A program made the position numbers and the translations under genes. Source: Fibrobacterales bacterium (GTDB lineage: Bacteria > Fibrobacterota > Fibrobacteria > Fibrobacterales > JAOPTW01). From it: DNA of 64,000 nucleotides. The DNA lies in the NCBI GenBank assembly GCA_051532035.1, contig JAOPTW010000016.1, forward strand, positions 1 to 64,000, read 5' to 3'. Shown one piece after another: positions 30,178 to 39,978 of this stretch. Under the pieces are notes generated by a model. That model did not search any database. It was not told the origin of the DNA and saw only the letters and a program-made list of their open reading frames with translations. How positions within the stretch are numbered: the stretch's first letter is position 1; the number at the start of each line of letters is the position of its first letter.

Positions 30178-32365
30178 TTGATATCTCCACTAATGTTTCA
30201 ACGACGGCTTCAATTTCATCAACCGTAAAAGGTTTGTCAATTACCATGCACGTCCCCATTGCTAATAACTCGTCCATATTGTACTGCTTTGATCTTCCGG
30301 TACAGAAGAGAACCTTCTGATGAGGATGATCTTGTCTAAACATCTTAAATACTTCTATACCATTCATACCCGGCATATCTATATCGAGAATCAGTAGTTC
30401 AAAAGGGTGTTCTTCACTTAATACACGCACCGCATCGAGGCCATTGATTGCCGACACAACCTCATAGCCAAATGATTCCATAATACGAACTAATAACTTT
30501 CGAATAACATCATCATCATCAACAACCAACACTTTCTGACTAGCTACTTTCTCTGGCTCAATGCTGTCTTCTTCGTGCACCTCAACATGTTCGGAGTCTG
30601 AAATACTCGCAACAGGGAGATACACAAAAAATGTTGTTCCCTCACCAGGTTTACTGATAACATCAATATACCCTTGGTGATCTTGAATAATTTTATCAAA
30701 AATTGCAAGGCCCAAGCCCGTCCCTTCGTCAGCTGCTTTTGTGGTATAAAATGCCTGAAACATACGCTGAATGGTCTCACTATCCATACCCTGGCCACTA
30801 TCAGTTACCGTAATACAGTAAAACTCTTCTTCATCATAACAGTCGTGTTTTTCACGGAACTCAGCGTGAGCAATAAACTCTTTTAGGCCAATTTTAAGTT
30901 CACCACCTTCTTTCATTGCATCACGTGCATTGACACAGAGGTTGAGTATTCCATTCTCGACCTGACTCTTCTCGCCTAATACCCATGCTTTATCCAAATC
31001 AGTATCATAACTCATATGAATAGATGAATCAAAGGAGCCCCGAATAATTTTTATCACATTACCGAGTGAATTAATGAGATCCATCTTTTTCATCTGTTGA
31101 TCACTTTTTCGTGATAAATCGAGTAATCGACTCACCAAGTCAGATGCGCGTTTAGTACAGTGATCAATAGTCTCAACATCTTCGACATCTACAGCATCGG
31201 TAGGCCCCTCTTGCGCCCATCTTTTTTTCATGAGTGAGACCGTCCCTACAATACCACCAAGAATATTATTAAAATCGTGAGCCATGCCTCCTGCGAGAGT
31301 CCCTACCGTCTCCATTTTTTGGGCATGGAGCAGTTGGTGTTGTAAATTAATCTGTTGCGTAATATCATCAATTCTAAGGGCGAGTTCACCACGATTGGAA
31401 TTGAGCATATTGTACAGGTGTGGCTGCAGGTAGCATTGTTTACCGTTGGGATTGGTATGTACTACATAGTCAAAAACAATTTCTTCTTCTTCAGAGCTCA
31501 CCGTTTCCATAAGAGAATCGGCAATAAACGAGAAGTCGGGCATCAACTTGCCAAAAGGCTGACCAATGGCCGCCTCTTCGGGAATACCAAAATAGGCTTC
31601 CGCTTTTCCATTCCAAATGGTAACATTTCCTAAAAAATCGAGACCAATTATTGCCGAAGGCATGGATTCGATAATCGATTCCTGTTGTTCTTTAAGTTCT
31701 CGTACATTGGAAAGCAAAAGTGATTGTTCCATCACAACCGTAGCGTAGCGAACCATATTTTCAAAAAAACCAATTATTTCTTGATGAACAGGATCGGCCT
31801 TAAACCACTGGAGACAGATCACCCAGGTACCCGCATCATCAATAGTAATAGCTTTGGCACAGGATTCCTCGATGACAATTTTTGGAGCAATTTCCAAAAG
31901 AGGTTTCCAAATTTTTTGTGTTACCTTCCCACTATCAATTGTTTCATTTAAAAAGTCTTTATAGGGGTCTTCTTCATCTAATGAAACAAAATAAGGTATG
32001 GGAACTTCTGGAACATTTGTATCTGAAGCGATATGAGTGACCACAAGACTCCGCTGTACACTTCCCCCTTGTACAACAATAGAGACGCGATCTGCCTTGG
32101 TATTTCGTAATATCTCATCAGCTAAGACCTGATAGAGGTCTTCATCATTTATGTAAGATGATATGGTCTTAATAAATTCATTAAAACTCTCTTGAAACTT
32201 AAATATACCGTGGGGCTCTTCACTCCCCCGTTCAGCATGTGCGTTCTGCATCAGCTTCAATATTTGCATCAACAGTTTTTCATTTTGAGTACGAAGGTCC
32301 TCAATCACTCCCTGCTGTTCATCAATCTTTCTACGTTGGTCTTGTGGCATAGATGCTCTATCCAA
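30170..32365 (-). CDS. Hybrid sensor histidine kinase (GAF-like, PAS, HisKA, HATPase, REC)
   Basis: QKMETVGTLAGGMAHDFNNIL, LNLCVNARDAM, DSGQGM, GTGLGL, LVVDDD, LDIDMPG. Confidence 0.93.
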   Translation of the reverse strand: MDRASMPQDQRRKIDEQQGVIEDLRTQNEKLLMQILKLMQNAHAERGSEEPHGIFKFQESFNEFIKTISSYINDEDLYQVLADEILRNTKADRVSIVVQGGSVQRSLVVTHIASDTNVPEVPIPYFVSLDEEDPYKDFLNETIDSGKVTQKIWKPLLEIAPKIVIEESCAKAITIDDAGTWVICLQWFKADPVHQEIIGFFENMVRYATVVMEQSLLLSNVRELKEQQESIIESMPSAIIGLDFLGNVTIWNGKAEAYFGIPEEAAIGQPFGKLMPDFSFIADSLMETVSSEEEEIVFDYVVHTNPNGKQCYLQPHLYNMLNSNRGELALRIDDITQQINLQHQLLHAQKMETVGTLAGGMAHDFNNILGGIVGTVSLMKKRWAQEGPTDAVDVEDVETIDHCTKRASDLVSRLLDLSRKSDQQMKKMDLINSLGNVIKIIRGSFDSSIHMSYDTDLDKAWVLGEKSQVENGILNLCVNARDAMKEGGELKIGLKEFIAHAEFREKHDCYDEEEFYCITVTDSGQGMDSETIQRMFQAFYTTKAADEGTGLGLAIFDKIIQDHQGYIDVISKPGEGTTFFVYLPVASISDSEHVEVHEEDSIEPEKVASQKVLVVDDDDVIRKLLVRIMESFGYEVVSAINGLDAVRVLSEEHPFELLILDIDMPGMNGIEVFKMFRQDHPHQKVLFCTGRSKQYNMDELLAMGTCMVIDKPFTVDEIEAVVETLVEISNE

Positions 32366-32609
32366 TTAACTATTGGTTTTTAGTCTCGTTCAATCCTTTA
32401 AAATTGCAAAATTTTACCAGATTCCACCATTATTCAGGTAAAAATCCACTTATAAACATCAAGTTTTTGCTTATACAATCTATGATAAACGAATAAGATC
32501 GAGGTCCGATTTCAGTTAGAGTAACATTTTGCCAGTTTGTAATTCCGATTTACTTACATTTATTCTGGAATATGGCAAAATAGCTCTGTAGAGCCCAAAT
32601 AAGAGACTT

Positions 32610-33830
32610 ATGAAAATAGCAGTATATACAAATGAATTTCCCCCCAATATTTACGGTGGTGCCGGGATTCACGTAGACTTTTTGACCCGCGAGCTTAAGA
32701 AAAAAGCTGAAATTGATGTTAAATGTTTTGGTGACCAAGATGTTACTGACGGTTCACTCACCGCAAAAGGGGTGAGCCCAATAATGCCTAAAGCGAGTTC
32801 TGACAAACTCCAGAAGGTATTTTCTACCCTCGACAATGACCTTCAAATGTCTATTATGACAGAATCTGCTGATGTCGTCCATTGTCACACCTGGTATGCA
32901 CATATGGCTGGGATCTGGTCAAAGATCATTTTAGATATCCCACTCTTTTTGACAACCCACTCTTTAGAAGCGCATCGTCCGTGGAAAGAAGAACAGCTCG
33001 GCATGGGTTACCACCTTTCGAGTTGGATTGAAAAAACCGCATACAATGAAGCAGATGGTATTATTGCGGTCTCCAAAGAGATGAAAAAAGATGTTGTTGA
33101 CGCCTATGGTGTTGACCCAAACAAAGTTGAAGTGATATACAACGGTATTGATCTTGACTACTACCAGCCAGACTGGGATGAGGCAACTCTCGAAAAATTT
33201 GGGATTGACCCTAAAAAACCGATGGTACTCTTTGTAGGGCGCATAACCCGTCAAAAAGGGATATCACACCTTGTTGACTCTATTGAGCTGATCAATTCTG
33301 ACACACAAGTGGTACTTTGTGCAGGTTCTCCTGATACCCCAGAAATTGAACAAGAGGTTCGTGAGAAAATTGAGGCTGTACAGAAAAAACGCGATGGCGT
33401 CATCTGGATTAGTGAAATGGTGGATCATACAGATCTTCGTCGTTTTTATACCCATGCAGACGTATTTGTGTGCCCATCACTCTACGAACCATTTGGCATC
33501 ATTAACCTCGAAGCAATGGCCTGTAAAACACCTGTTGTCGGGAGTGCTGTTGGCGGTATACCAGAAATTATTGTTGATGGCGAAACAGGGCTACTGGTTC
33601 CTCTTGAATCTGAATCAAAGATTAATTTCGAACCCAAACACCCGCGGGGCTTTCACAACTCCCTCGCCTTTAAAATTAATCAATTATTAGACAACCCATC
33701 TCTTAGAGAATCTATGGGAGAGGCAGCACGAAAACGAGTTGAAGAGATCTTTTCGTGGGAACGCATTGCAGAGCAGACACTAGCATTTTATCAGAGAGTT
33801 ATACATGACCGGAACAACAAAAAACAGTAA
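32610..33830 (+). CDS. glgA: GT4 glycogen synthase of the GlgA(Coryne)/GlgM type (maltose-1-phosphate synthase-like)
   Basis: TNEFPPNIYGGAGIHV, HCHTWY, HSLEAHRPWKEEQLG, GRITRQKG, CPSLYEPFGIINLEAMAC. Confidence 0.88.
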   Translation: MKIAVYTNEFPPNIYGGAGIHVDFLTRELKKKAEIDVKCFGDQDVTDGSLTAKGVSPIMPKASSDKLQKVFSTLDNDLQMSIMTESADVVHCHTWYAHMAGIWSKIILDIPLFLTTHSLEAHRPWKEEQLGMGYHLSSWIEKTAYNEADGIIAVSKEMKKDVVDAYGVDPNKVEVIYNGIDLDYYQPDWDEATLEKFGIDPKKPMVLFVGRITRQKGISHLVDSIELINSDTQVVLCAGSPDTPEIEQEVREKIEAVQKKRDGVIWISEMVDHTDLRRFYTHADVFVCPSLYEPFGIINLEAMACKTPVVGSAVGGIPEIIVDGETGLLVPLESESKINFEPKHPRGFHNSLAFKINQLLDNPSLRESMGEAARKRVEEIFSWERIAEQTLAFYQRVIHDRNNKKQ

Positions 33831-35634
33831 GAAAAGCGCCAGCCCAAAAACCAAAGACGTTAAAAAAGTGGTAAAGAAAGCTCAAACAAAAATAGTACGT
33901 AAAGTGAAGAGCTCATTCCCTCCACTCTACACTATCACCATTGAAAATGTTAAGCCTATAATAAATGGTGGCGACTTCCCTATTAAGCGCGAGCCTATGG
34001 ACTGGGTAGAAGTTACAGCAGACCTCTTTCGCTGTGGACATGAAACATTTGAGATCAATCTTCTCTATAGAAAAAAGGGCGACTCGAACTGGTTAAGCTC
34101 ACCTATGAAATTTGTTGACAACGATGAGTGGGCGGGATCATTTCAGGTGACAGACCTTGGGCTTTACGAATATACCATTGAAGGGATTACTACAGAAATT
34201 GAAGACCCTTGCCCGAGCAAGCTTGATAAAATCTACGAAGTACGCGTGGACCCACACTATGCTCGCAATAGTTCGTGGTACGAAATATTCCCCCGGTCCC
34301 TCGGCAAGACTCCTGGTAAAAGCGGCACCTGGAATGATGTCGTTGACCGTATTGAAGATATTAAATACATGGGCTTTGACACCCTTTATGTCACTCCAAT
34401 CCACCCAATCGGTTTTACCAAAAGAAAGGGCCCCAACAACTCACTTATTGCAGGCCCCGAAGATCCGGGCTGTCCGTACGCTATCGGCAATCTCGAAGAG
34501 GGTGGACATTATGACCTAGAACCTCAACTGGGAACCGAAGCAGAGTTTGACCGTTTTGTAAAAGTATACAAAGAGAATGGTTTTAATCTCGCTCTTGACG
34601 TTGCCCTTAACTGCTCTCCTGATCATCCTCATGTACATGAACACCCTGAGTGGTTTTATCATGAAGAAGATGGATCGATACAGTGCGCTATAAATCCTCC
34701 TAAACGCTATGAAGATGTTTATCCCTATAACTACGTGAATGAAAATTACGAAGAGCTCTGGGAAGATATCCGCGATATGCTTATTCACTGGACTGAGAAA
34801 GGGTTTGATATTTTTAGAATCGACAACCCCCACACCAAGCCATTCGCTTTTTGGGAGTGGATCATTAAAGAGGTTAAGGCAAAGCACCCTCATGTAGTCT
34901 TTTTGGCAGAAGCATTTACCCGCCCAAAATTGATGCACCGCCTCGCTAAGATCGGCTTTGATCAGTCCTACAGTTATTTTACTTGGCGCGAAGAGAAGTC
35001 GGAGTTTGAGGAGTACCTCAAAGAGTTGACGCAATCCGATGCGAAAGAGTATATGCGTGCCATCTTTTTCCCCACAACACCAGACATTTTACCCAAGCAT
35101 TTACAAAACGCTCCTCGCGAAGCATTTGAACTTCGTGCATTTTTAGCCATGACACTATCGAGCCTTTCGGGAATCTATAGTGGCTATGAACTTTGTGAAA
35201 ACATACCAAGCCCCGTAAAAGATGAACTCCTTGACTCTGAAAAATATGAGTTTAGTGTTCGTGATTGGTGGGCTCCTGGAAACATTAAAGAATTTATCAG
35301 CAAAGTGAACTGGGCTAAAAAGGTGAACAGTGCTCTTTGGGAGTATGACAACCTCGAATTTCATAGTGCAGGTAATGATAAAATCATGGTCTATTCAAAG
35401 AGAGATAAGAGCAATGGCAATACGATACTCTGTATTGCTAATCTAGACTCGTACAATACTCAAGAGTCTATGGTACACCTCGATATGCCTGCACTTGGCC
35501 TTGAAAATGGGGCAAGCTTTGAGTGTCTCGACATATTAAATAACGAACAATATATCTGGCATGGACAAGACAACTATGTCAAGCTCGACCCAAAACAACA
35601 ACCGGCTCACTTCTTTCAAGTGCGCCCCCTATAG
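33805..35634 (+). CDS. glgE: Alpha-1,4-glucan:maltose-1-phosphate maltosyltransferase
   Basis: SSWYEIFPRS, PIHPIG, RKGPNN, NCSPDHP, NPPKRYEDVYP, FRIDNPHTKP, LAEAFTRP, SYSYFTWR. Confidence 0.93.
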   Translation: MTGTTKNSKKSASPKTKDVKKVVKKAQTKIVRKVKSSFPPLYTITIENVKPIINGGDFPIKREPMDWVEVTADLFRCGHETFEINLLYRKKGDSNWLSSPMKFVDNDEWAGSFQVTDLGLYEYTIEGITTEIEDPCPSKLDKIYEVRVDPHYARNSSWYEIFPRSLGKTPGKSGTWNDVVDRIEDIKYMGFDTLYVTPIHPIGFTKRKGPNNSLIAGPEDPGCPYAIGNLEEGGHYDLEPQLGTEAEFDRFVKVYKENGFNLALDVALNCSPDHPHVHEHPEWFYHEEDGSIQCAINPPKRYEDVYPYNYVNENYEELWEDIRDMLIHWTEKGFDIFRIDNPHTKPFAFWEWIIKEVKAKHPHVVFLAEAFTRPKLMHRLAKIGFDQSYSYFTWREEKSEFEEYLKELTQSDAKEYMRAIFFPTTPDILPKHLQNAPREAFELRAFLAMTLSSLSGIYSGYELCENIPSPVKDELLDSEKYEFSVRDWWAPGNIKEFISKVNWAKKVNSALWEYDNLEFHSAGNDKIMVYSKRDKSNGNTILCIANLDSYNTQESMVHLDMPALGLENGASFECLDILNNEQYIWHGQDNYVKLDPKQQPAHFFQVRPL

Positions 35635-35655
35635 CAGAATACGAAGAGACACTTT

Positions 35656-35940
35656 ATGAAAAAAAGAGTTAAAGTTCAATGCCCCTGTTGTAATTCCGTG
35701 ATGGAGGTCGACACCGCTACTGGTGTGGTCCTCTCTCACTCTTCACAAAAAAAAGAGACAAAATCTCTCGAAGAGTTTATGGAAACTGAAAAAAACAAAA
35801 TCTCTATTCTTGATGAAAAGTTCAAAGAGGCGAAAAACAAAGAGAAATCAAAATTCGAAACTCTGGACGCGAAATTCAAACACGCTCAAGAGAACGAAGA
35901 TACGCTCGAAGACCCGCCACCCAGCGTATTTTGGGATTAA
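35656..35940 (+). CDS. Small protein with N-terminal CxxC (zinc-ribbon-like) and coiled coil
   Basis: VQCPCCNS, then a K/E-rich helix; GAAGAG upstream; co-oriented with its neighbours. Confidence 0.7.
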   Translation: MKKRVKVQCPCCNSVMEVDTATGVVLSHSSQKKETKSLEEFMETEKNKISILDEKFKEAKNKEKSKFETLDAKFKHAQENEDTLEDPPPSVFWD

Positions 35941-35958
35941 TAAAAGGCTCATATTACT

Positions 35959-36549
35959 ATGGAAATATTTGACGTACACCCAGACAACCCCCAAAAACGC
36001 CTCGTACAACGAGTCGTTGATATATTCAACAAAGGGGGACTGATTGTCTACCCCACTGATGCAGGATATAGTGTTGGGTGCAATGCAGAAGATAAAAAAG
36101 CCATAAACCGTCTCTATAAATTAAAAAAGCCCATTAAAAAGTATGTGATGGCGCTGATGCTTAATGACTTCTCTCGCATAACTGAGTACGCTAAAATGGA
36201 TAACTTTGCTTTTAAATATATTAAGCAAAGAGAGTCTGGACGGTATACTTTTATTCTCCCTGCACAGATTCATATTATGCGCAAACTTGATGTTAAACGA
36301 AAAGAGGTCGGAATACGTATGCCTAAACATCCATTCCTTGAAGCTTTTTTTGAATTAACAAATGACCCTATTTTAAATACCGCAGCTCATATGTCAGAGG
36401 ATGAATTTTATACAGCCCCTGATGACCTTATAAAGGCATTTAATGGAAAGGTTGATGCTATTGTTACCTGTGGTGAAATACTGCTTGACCCTACAAACGT
36501 AATCAGCTTAGTTGACGGATACCCTGAGGTCATAAGAGGAGAAGAGTAA
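35959..36549 (+). CDS. Sua5/YciO/YrdC family protein (YciO-like)
   Basis: VHPDNPQKR, IVYPTDAGY, YTFILPA, VGIRMP. Confidence 0.88.
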   Translation: MEIFDVHPDNPQKRLVQRVVDIFNKGGLIVYPTDAGYSVGCNAEDKKAINRLYKLKKPIKKYVMALMLNDFSRITEYAKMDNFAFKYIKQRESGRYTFILPAQIHIMRKLDVKRKEVGIRMPKHPFLEAFFELTNDPILNTAAHMSEDEFYTAPDDLIKAFNGKVDAIVTCGEILLDPTNVISLVDGYPEVIRGEE

Positions 36550-36618
36550 GTGGCTATTGCAATAATCACCGGAGCATCATCCGGTATTGGCGAGATGAGA
36601 AAGCAGAACTTACGGTAA
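36550..36618 (+). pseudogene. N-terminal remnant of a short-chain dehydrogenase (SDR)
   Basis: GTG immediately after the upstream stop gives MAIAIITGASSGIGEMRKQNLR*, a canonical TGxxxGIG motif truncated where it meets the WYL gene 3' end. Confidence 0.65.
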
Positions 36619-37608
36619 GAGGGACTCAACCCGTTCTTTAAGTTTTTTTGGTTCAACTACTTCACAGGCACCTGTGGCAACACGCCCCACAAGCCAGCGT
36701 TCAAAATCAACAGTAATATACAGTTTTAATGTAATAGTTTTTTTAGAACCGTCACAGTCTGCAGCAGGATCGAAATGGGCATCTTTCATATGGCGATAAA
36801 ACCAAGGTTCTTTACTCTTTAACACAACGCGTTCTACAGCATCTTCACTATTTTCATTACTCCACTGAGCAAACTTATACTTATAAAATTCTTGAATCTC
36901 TTTTTGATGAGAGGCATCAAAATAGTGTTCGGGCACGTTTCCTGAAAGCACCTGAATTATCCCTTTCATACGATCAAGGCGAAGGGTACGAAGAAGTGTC
37001 CCATTTTTTTTTCTATACCCCATAACATACAGCTGCCCAATGCGGAGCACAAGTTTCACCGGATAGAATTCGATCATGCTCTCTTCATCACGACTCGACG
37101 TATATTTACCGATTCGAATAGCGTGCCGTTTATCAATAGCCTGTAAAATTTTATCCATTGCAGGATTCATTTTGATGGAGTCGGGATTTACCGCAAAAGG
37201 GCCATGACTGATAATCCAGTGAGCATCCGATTGTTGTAGTTTTTGAGGCGATGAGCGGTTCTCTAAAAATGAACCAACATGAGTGAGTAAATCTTGGTAC
37301 TGCGCCATTCCTGAATTGGAGAGTTCCTGAGTCATTTTTTTAAAGGCAACGATTGAATCATCATCAATCCAGTTTTGACGGGACAAAATATGAAAGGTTG
37401 ATTCTCGACCAATCTGATTGTCTTTTCGTACAAAATCCTGATTATTGAGGGAAACCTCTTGCAGATAGCGTGCAAGGGTACGCTCATCAATGGGGTCACC
37501 ATATTCTGACTCAATCTGATGAAGCAACCTTGTTTTGGTCCATTCACGTTCTTTAAGTAAAGATTCAATCAGAGAAATACGTTGATATTTTGAACTCTCT
37601 TTTTTCAT
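36610..37608 (-). CDS. HTH-WYL-WCX transcriptional regulator
   Basis: wHTH (RISLIESLL...ERTLARYLQEV), WYL domain (ILQAIDKRHAIRI..Y, YPVKLVLRIGQLYVMGY, LRTLRLDRM), WCX end (FERWLVG...EVVEPKKLKERV); 332 aa. Confidence 0.85.
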   Translation of the reverse strand: MKKESSKYQRISLIESLLKEREWTKTRLLHQIESEYGDPIDERTLARYLQEVSLNNQDFVRKDNQIGRESTFHILSRQNWIDDDSIVAFKKMTQELSNSGMAQYQDLLTHVGSFLENRSSPQKLQQSDAHWIISHGPFAVNPDSIKMNPAMDKILQAIDKRHAIRIGKYTSSRDEESMIEFYPVKLVLRIGQLYVMGYRKKNGTLLRTLRLDRMKGIIQVLSGNVPEHYFDASHQKEIQEFYKYKFAQWSNENSEDAVERVVLKSKEPWFYRHMKDAHFDPAADCDGSKKTITLKLYITVDFERWLVGRVATGACEVVEPKKLKERVESLLP

Positions 37609-37657
37609 AGGTCAGCTTCACTCGTTAAACGGCAGTATAGAGTAAAGAGAAGTTATA

Positions 37658-37672
37658 TGACAAATTTTGTCA
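37658..37672. promoter_or_regulatory. TGACA-N5-TGTCA palindrome upstream of the WYL gene (candidate WYL operator)
   Basis: Perfect 7-1-7 palindrome TGACAAA-T-TTTGTCA, 50 nt upstream of the WYL start. Confidence 0.75.
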
Positions 37673-37810
37673 ACGCTCTGTGAAGCCAAGTGGTCATACC
37701 GCCTTAAAAGAGCTATTTCTGCTATTGCTGTGGGCAGACACTCTGTGCTTTCAGCATGTATCCAAAGCGCCACTGTGAGGCAATTTTTAGAGTCCTCCTT
37801 TACTATTCCC

Positions 37811-37839
37811 TCGACCTCACTCATAAATTAAGATATAAT
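37811..37839 (+). promoter_or_regulatory. Putative sigma70 promoter for the 89-aa ORF/glpK
   Basis: TCGACC-N17-TATAAT, ATG 7 nt after the -10. Confidence 0.5.
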
Positions 37840-37846
37840 ACAATAT

Positions 37847-38116
37847 ATGAGACTGAAACCACTAAATGCGCAGACAACAATTACCGATATGATAGAACAA
37901 TCACAATCGGTATATGATAGACCTGCTTTATCGGAAGAGGACTACAAAACTAAAATGCGCGATCTACTCCCTGGCACAGCCCAAACTCAACTCGAAACAG
38001 ATGAGCTTCAGCATATTTCTGATATGGTGGAACGCTATGAGCAGCTTTCGAAACAGTATCACGACAGTGATGAACGAGTCACCCTTCGAAAACTGATGCA
38101 TCGCAAACCGGAGTAA
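37847..38116 (+). CDS. Hypothetical 89-aa protein
   Basis: Fills the gap before glpK, has a promoter-like element, and stops 3 nt before the glpK start. Confidence 0.6.
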   Translation: MRLKPLNAQTTITDMIEQSQSVYDRPALSEEDYKTKMRDLLPGTAQTQLETDELQHISDMVERYEQLSKQYHDSDERVTLRKLMHRKPE

Positions 38117-38119
38117 GAT

Positions 38120-39613
38120 GTGACTCAGTACATTATTGCACTTGATCAGGGAACCACCAGTTCACGAGCAGTACTCTTTACTGACACTTTAGATCTTGTT
38201 GATATTTGCCAAGAAGAGTTTCCTCAATACTTCCCTCATGATGGCTGGGTAGAACACGACCCCGACGAAATCTGGCAAAGTCAATATAGAGTGTTATTGC
38301 AACTCATTAAACAAAACAACCTTTTGCCTTCCCAAATCATCACCATTGGCATTACTAATCAGCGAGAGACTACTATTGTGTGGGATCGTACAACAGGTGC
38401 CCCCATATACAATGCAATCGTCTGGCAAGATAGACGAACTGCACCACTCTGTGAAAAGCTCAAGCAACAAGGACTTGCTACAACCATTCAAGAAAAAACA
38501 GGCTTGGTTATCGATGCCTATTTTTCGGCGACCAAATTGAAGTGGTTATTAGAGGAAGTTCCCGGAGCCCACGATAAAGCGCTAAAAGGGGACCTCCTTT
38601 TTGGGACTGTTGATAGCTGGCTCATATGGAAATTAACGAATGGTGCACACCATGCAACTGATGCAACGAATGCTTGTAGAACAATGCTCTTTAACATTTC
38701 TGAAATGTGTTGGGACAAAGACCTCTGTAATACTCTCTCTATTCCAATAGCTATGCTCCCGGAAGTGAGAAACTCATCTGACTCTTTTGGCGAATGGATG
38801 CTCGATGGTGTCGCCATTCCTATATCAGGTGTAGCTGGCGATCAACAAGCAGCCACCTTTGGACAACGATGTTTTGAAAAAGGAATGGTTAAAAATACGT
38901 ATGGTACCGGTTGTTTTATGGTGATGAATACTGGGTCAGAGCGAGTGACCAGTACTCAAGGACTCCTCACCACTATTGCTTGGATCCTCGATGGCAAACC
39001 AACGTACGCCCTTGAAGGAAGTGTTTTTGTAGCAGGTGCAGCGATCCAGTGGCTGCGCGACGGCTTAAACCTTTTTTCTAATGCTAAAGACTCTGAGGCA
39101 CTTGCGCACCATGCAAAAAGTGATGATCAGGTTGTTGTAGTCCCCGCATTTACTGGACTGGGCGCGCCCTATTGGGATATGTATGCCCGTGGTGCTATTT
39201 TTGGATTGACCCGTGATACCGGTATAGCCGAAATTACTCGAGCCACCCTTGAATCCATCGCCTTCCAAAGCTATGACATTCTAAATTGCATGCAAAAAGA
39301 TAGTGAGACTACTATTCCTATTATGGCTGCTGATGGTGGGGCTGCTGCTAATAATTTTCTCATGCAGTTTCAGGCTGACCTCTTGGGGATTCCTGTTGAA
39401 CGCCCCTCTATTACTGAATCCACAGCCCTCGGTGCAGCAACTCTTGCCGGACTCCATCATTCACTCTGGACAATGGATGAGCTGAAAAGTAAACAAATTG
39501 AGAAAACATTTACACCGTCAATTGATACAGAGTACAGAGCACGCCTCATAAGAAACTGGAACAACGCCATTCAACGAGTACTTTCTACTCCTCATCAATC
39601 AGACGAAGAGTAG
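38120..39613 (+). CDS. glpK: Glycerol kinase
   Basis: ALDQGTTSSRA, GITNQRETT, AIVWQDRRT, GDQQAA, KNTYGTGCF, PAFTGLGAPYWD. Confidence 0.97.
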   Translation: MTQYIIALDQGTTSSRAVLFTDTLDLVDICQEEFPQYFPHDGWVEHDPDEIWQSQYRVLLQLIKQNNLLPSQIITIGITNQRETTIVWDRTTGAPIYNAIVWQDRRTAPLCEKLKQQGLATTIQEKTGLVIDAYFSATKLKWLLEEVPGAHDKALKGDLLFGTVDSWLIWKLTNGAHHATDATNACRTMLFNISEMCWDKDLCNTLSIPIAMLPEVRNSSDSFGEWMLDGVAIPISGVAGDQQAATFGQRCFEKGMVKNTYGTGCFMVMNTGSERVTSTQGLLTTIAWILDGKPTYALEGSVFVAGAAIQWLRDGLNLFSNAKDSEALAHHAKSDDQVVVVPAFTGLGAPYWDMYARGAIFGLTRDTGIAEITRATLESIAFQSYDILNCMQKDSETTIPIMAADGGAAANNFLMQFQADLLGIPVERPSITESTALGAATLAGLHHSLWTMDELKSKQIEKTFTPSIDTEYRARLIRNWNNAIQRVLSTPHQSDEE

Positions 39614-39672
39614 ATACAAAAAAAGCCCTTTGTATAAAGGACCACTGTATTGAATATAAAGAGCTCTAAACG

Positions 39673-39924
39673 TTACCCGTCTATTTTACCCTTAATATCA
39701 TTAACGTCACCTTGACTCACGCCCATCTCATCCATCACCTCTTGGAGTGCACCAGGATTCATCATGAGTTCACCAACAATTTTTTGAATTGCTGAAGGAT
39801 CGATACCCATTTCAGTTATTTTAGTCATTGCACTCAGAGGATTCTCTTTGACTGCAGACACAAGCTCTTGCGCTTGTTCAGGAGTTATGTTAAGTTCATT
39901 AAAAATTTCTGATAGTTTAGACAT
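39673..39924 (-). CDS. Small helical protein resembling DUF2999
   Basis: ENPLSAM..I.EMGI.P..IQ....LMMNP..L...M.EMG pattern, recalled as DUF2999-like; GAGG SD. Confidence 0.6.
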   Translation of the reverse strand: MSKLSEIFNELNITPEQAQELVSAVKENPLSAMTKITEMGIDPSAIQKIVGELMMNPGALQEVMDEMGVSQGDVNDIKGKIDG

Positions 39925-39978
39925 AGAAGACCTCTTTTTTAAATAAAAATAGCAAATGGAGTGATGTTTTTCATTCCA

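Noticed and set aside
37618..37824. 68-aa minus-strand ORF upstream of the WYL gene
   Set aside because: No recognisable motif; it runs across the operator and both candidate promoters, so it is probably spurious.
36610..38116. WYL gene as regulator of an adjacent anti-phage defence island (BrxR/CapW-like)
   Set aside because: Neighbours are glpK, yciO and glg genes with no defence genes, and the candidate operator recurs at repair genes instead.
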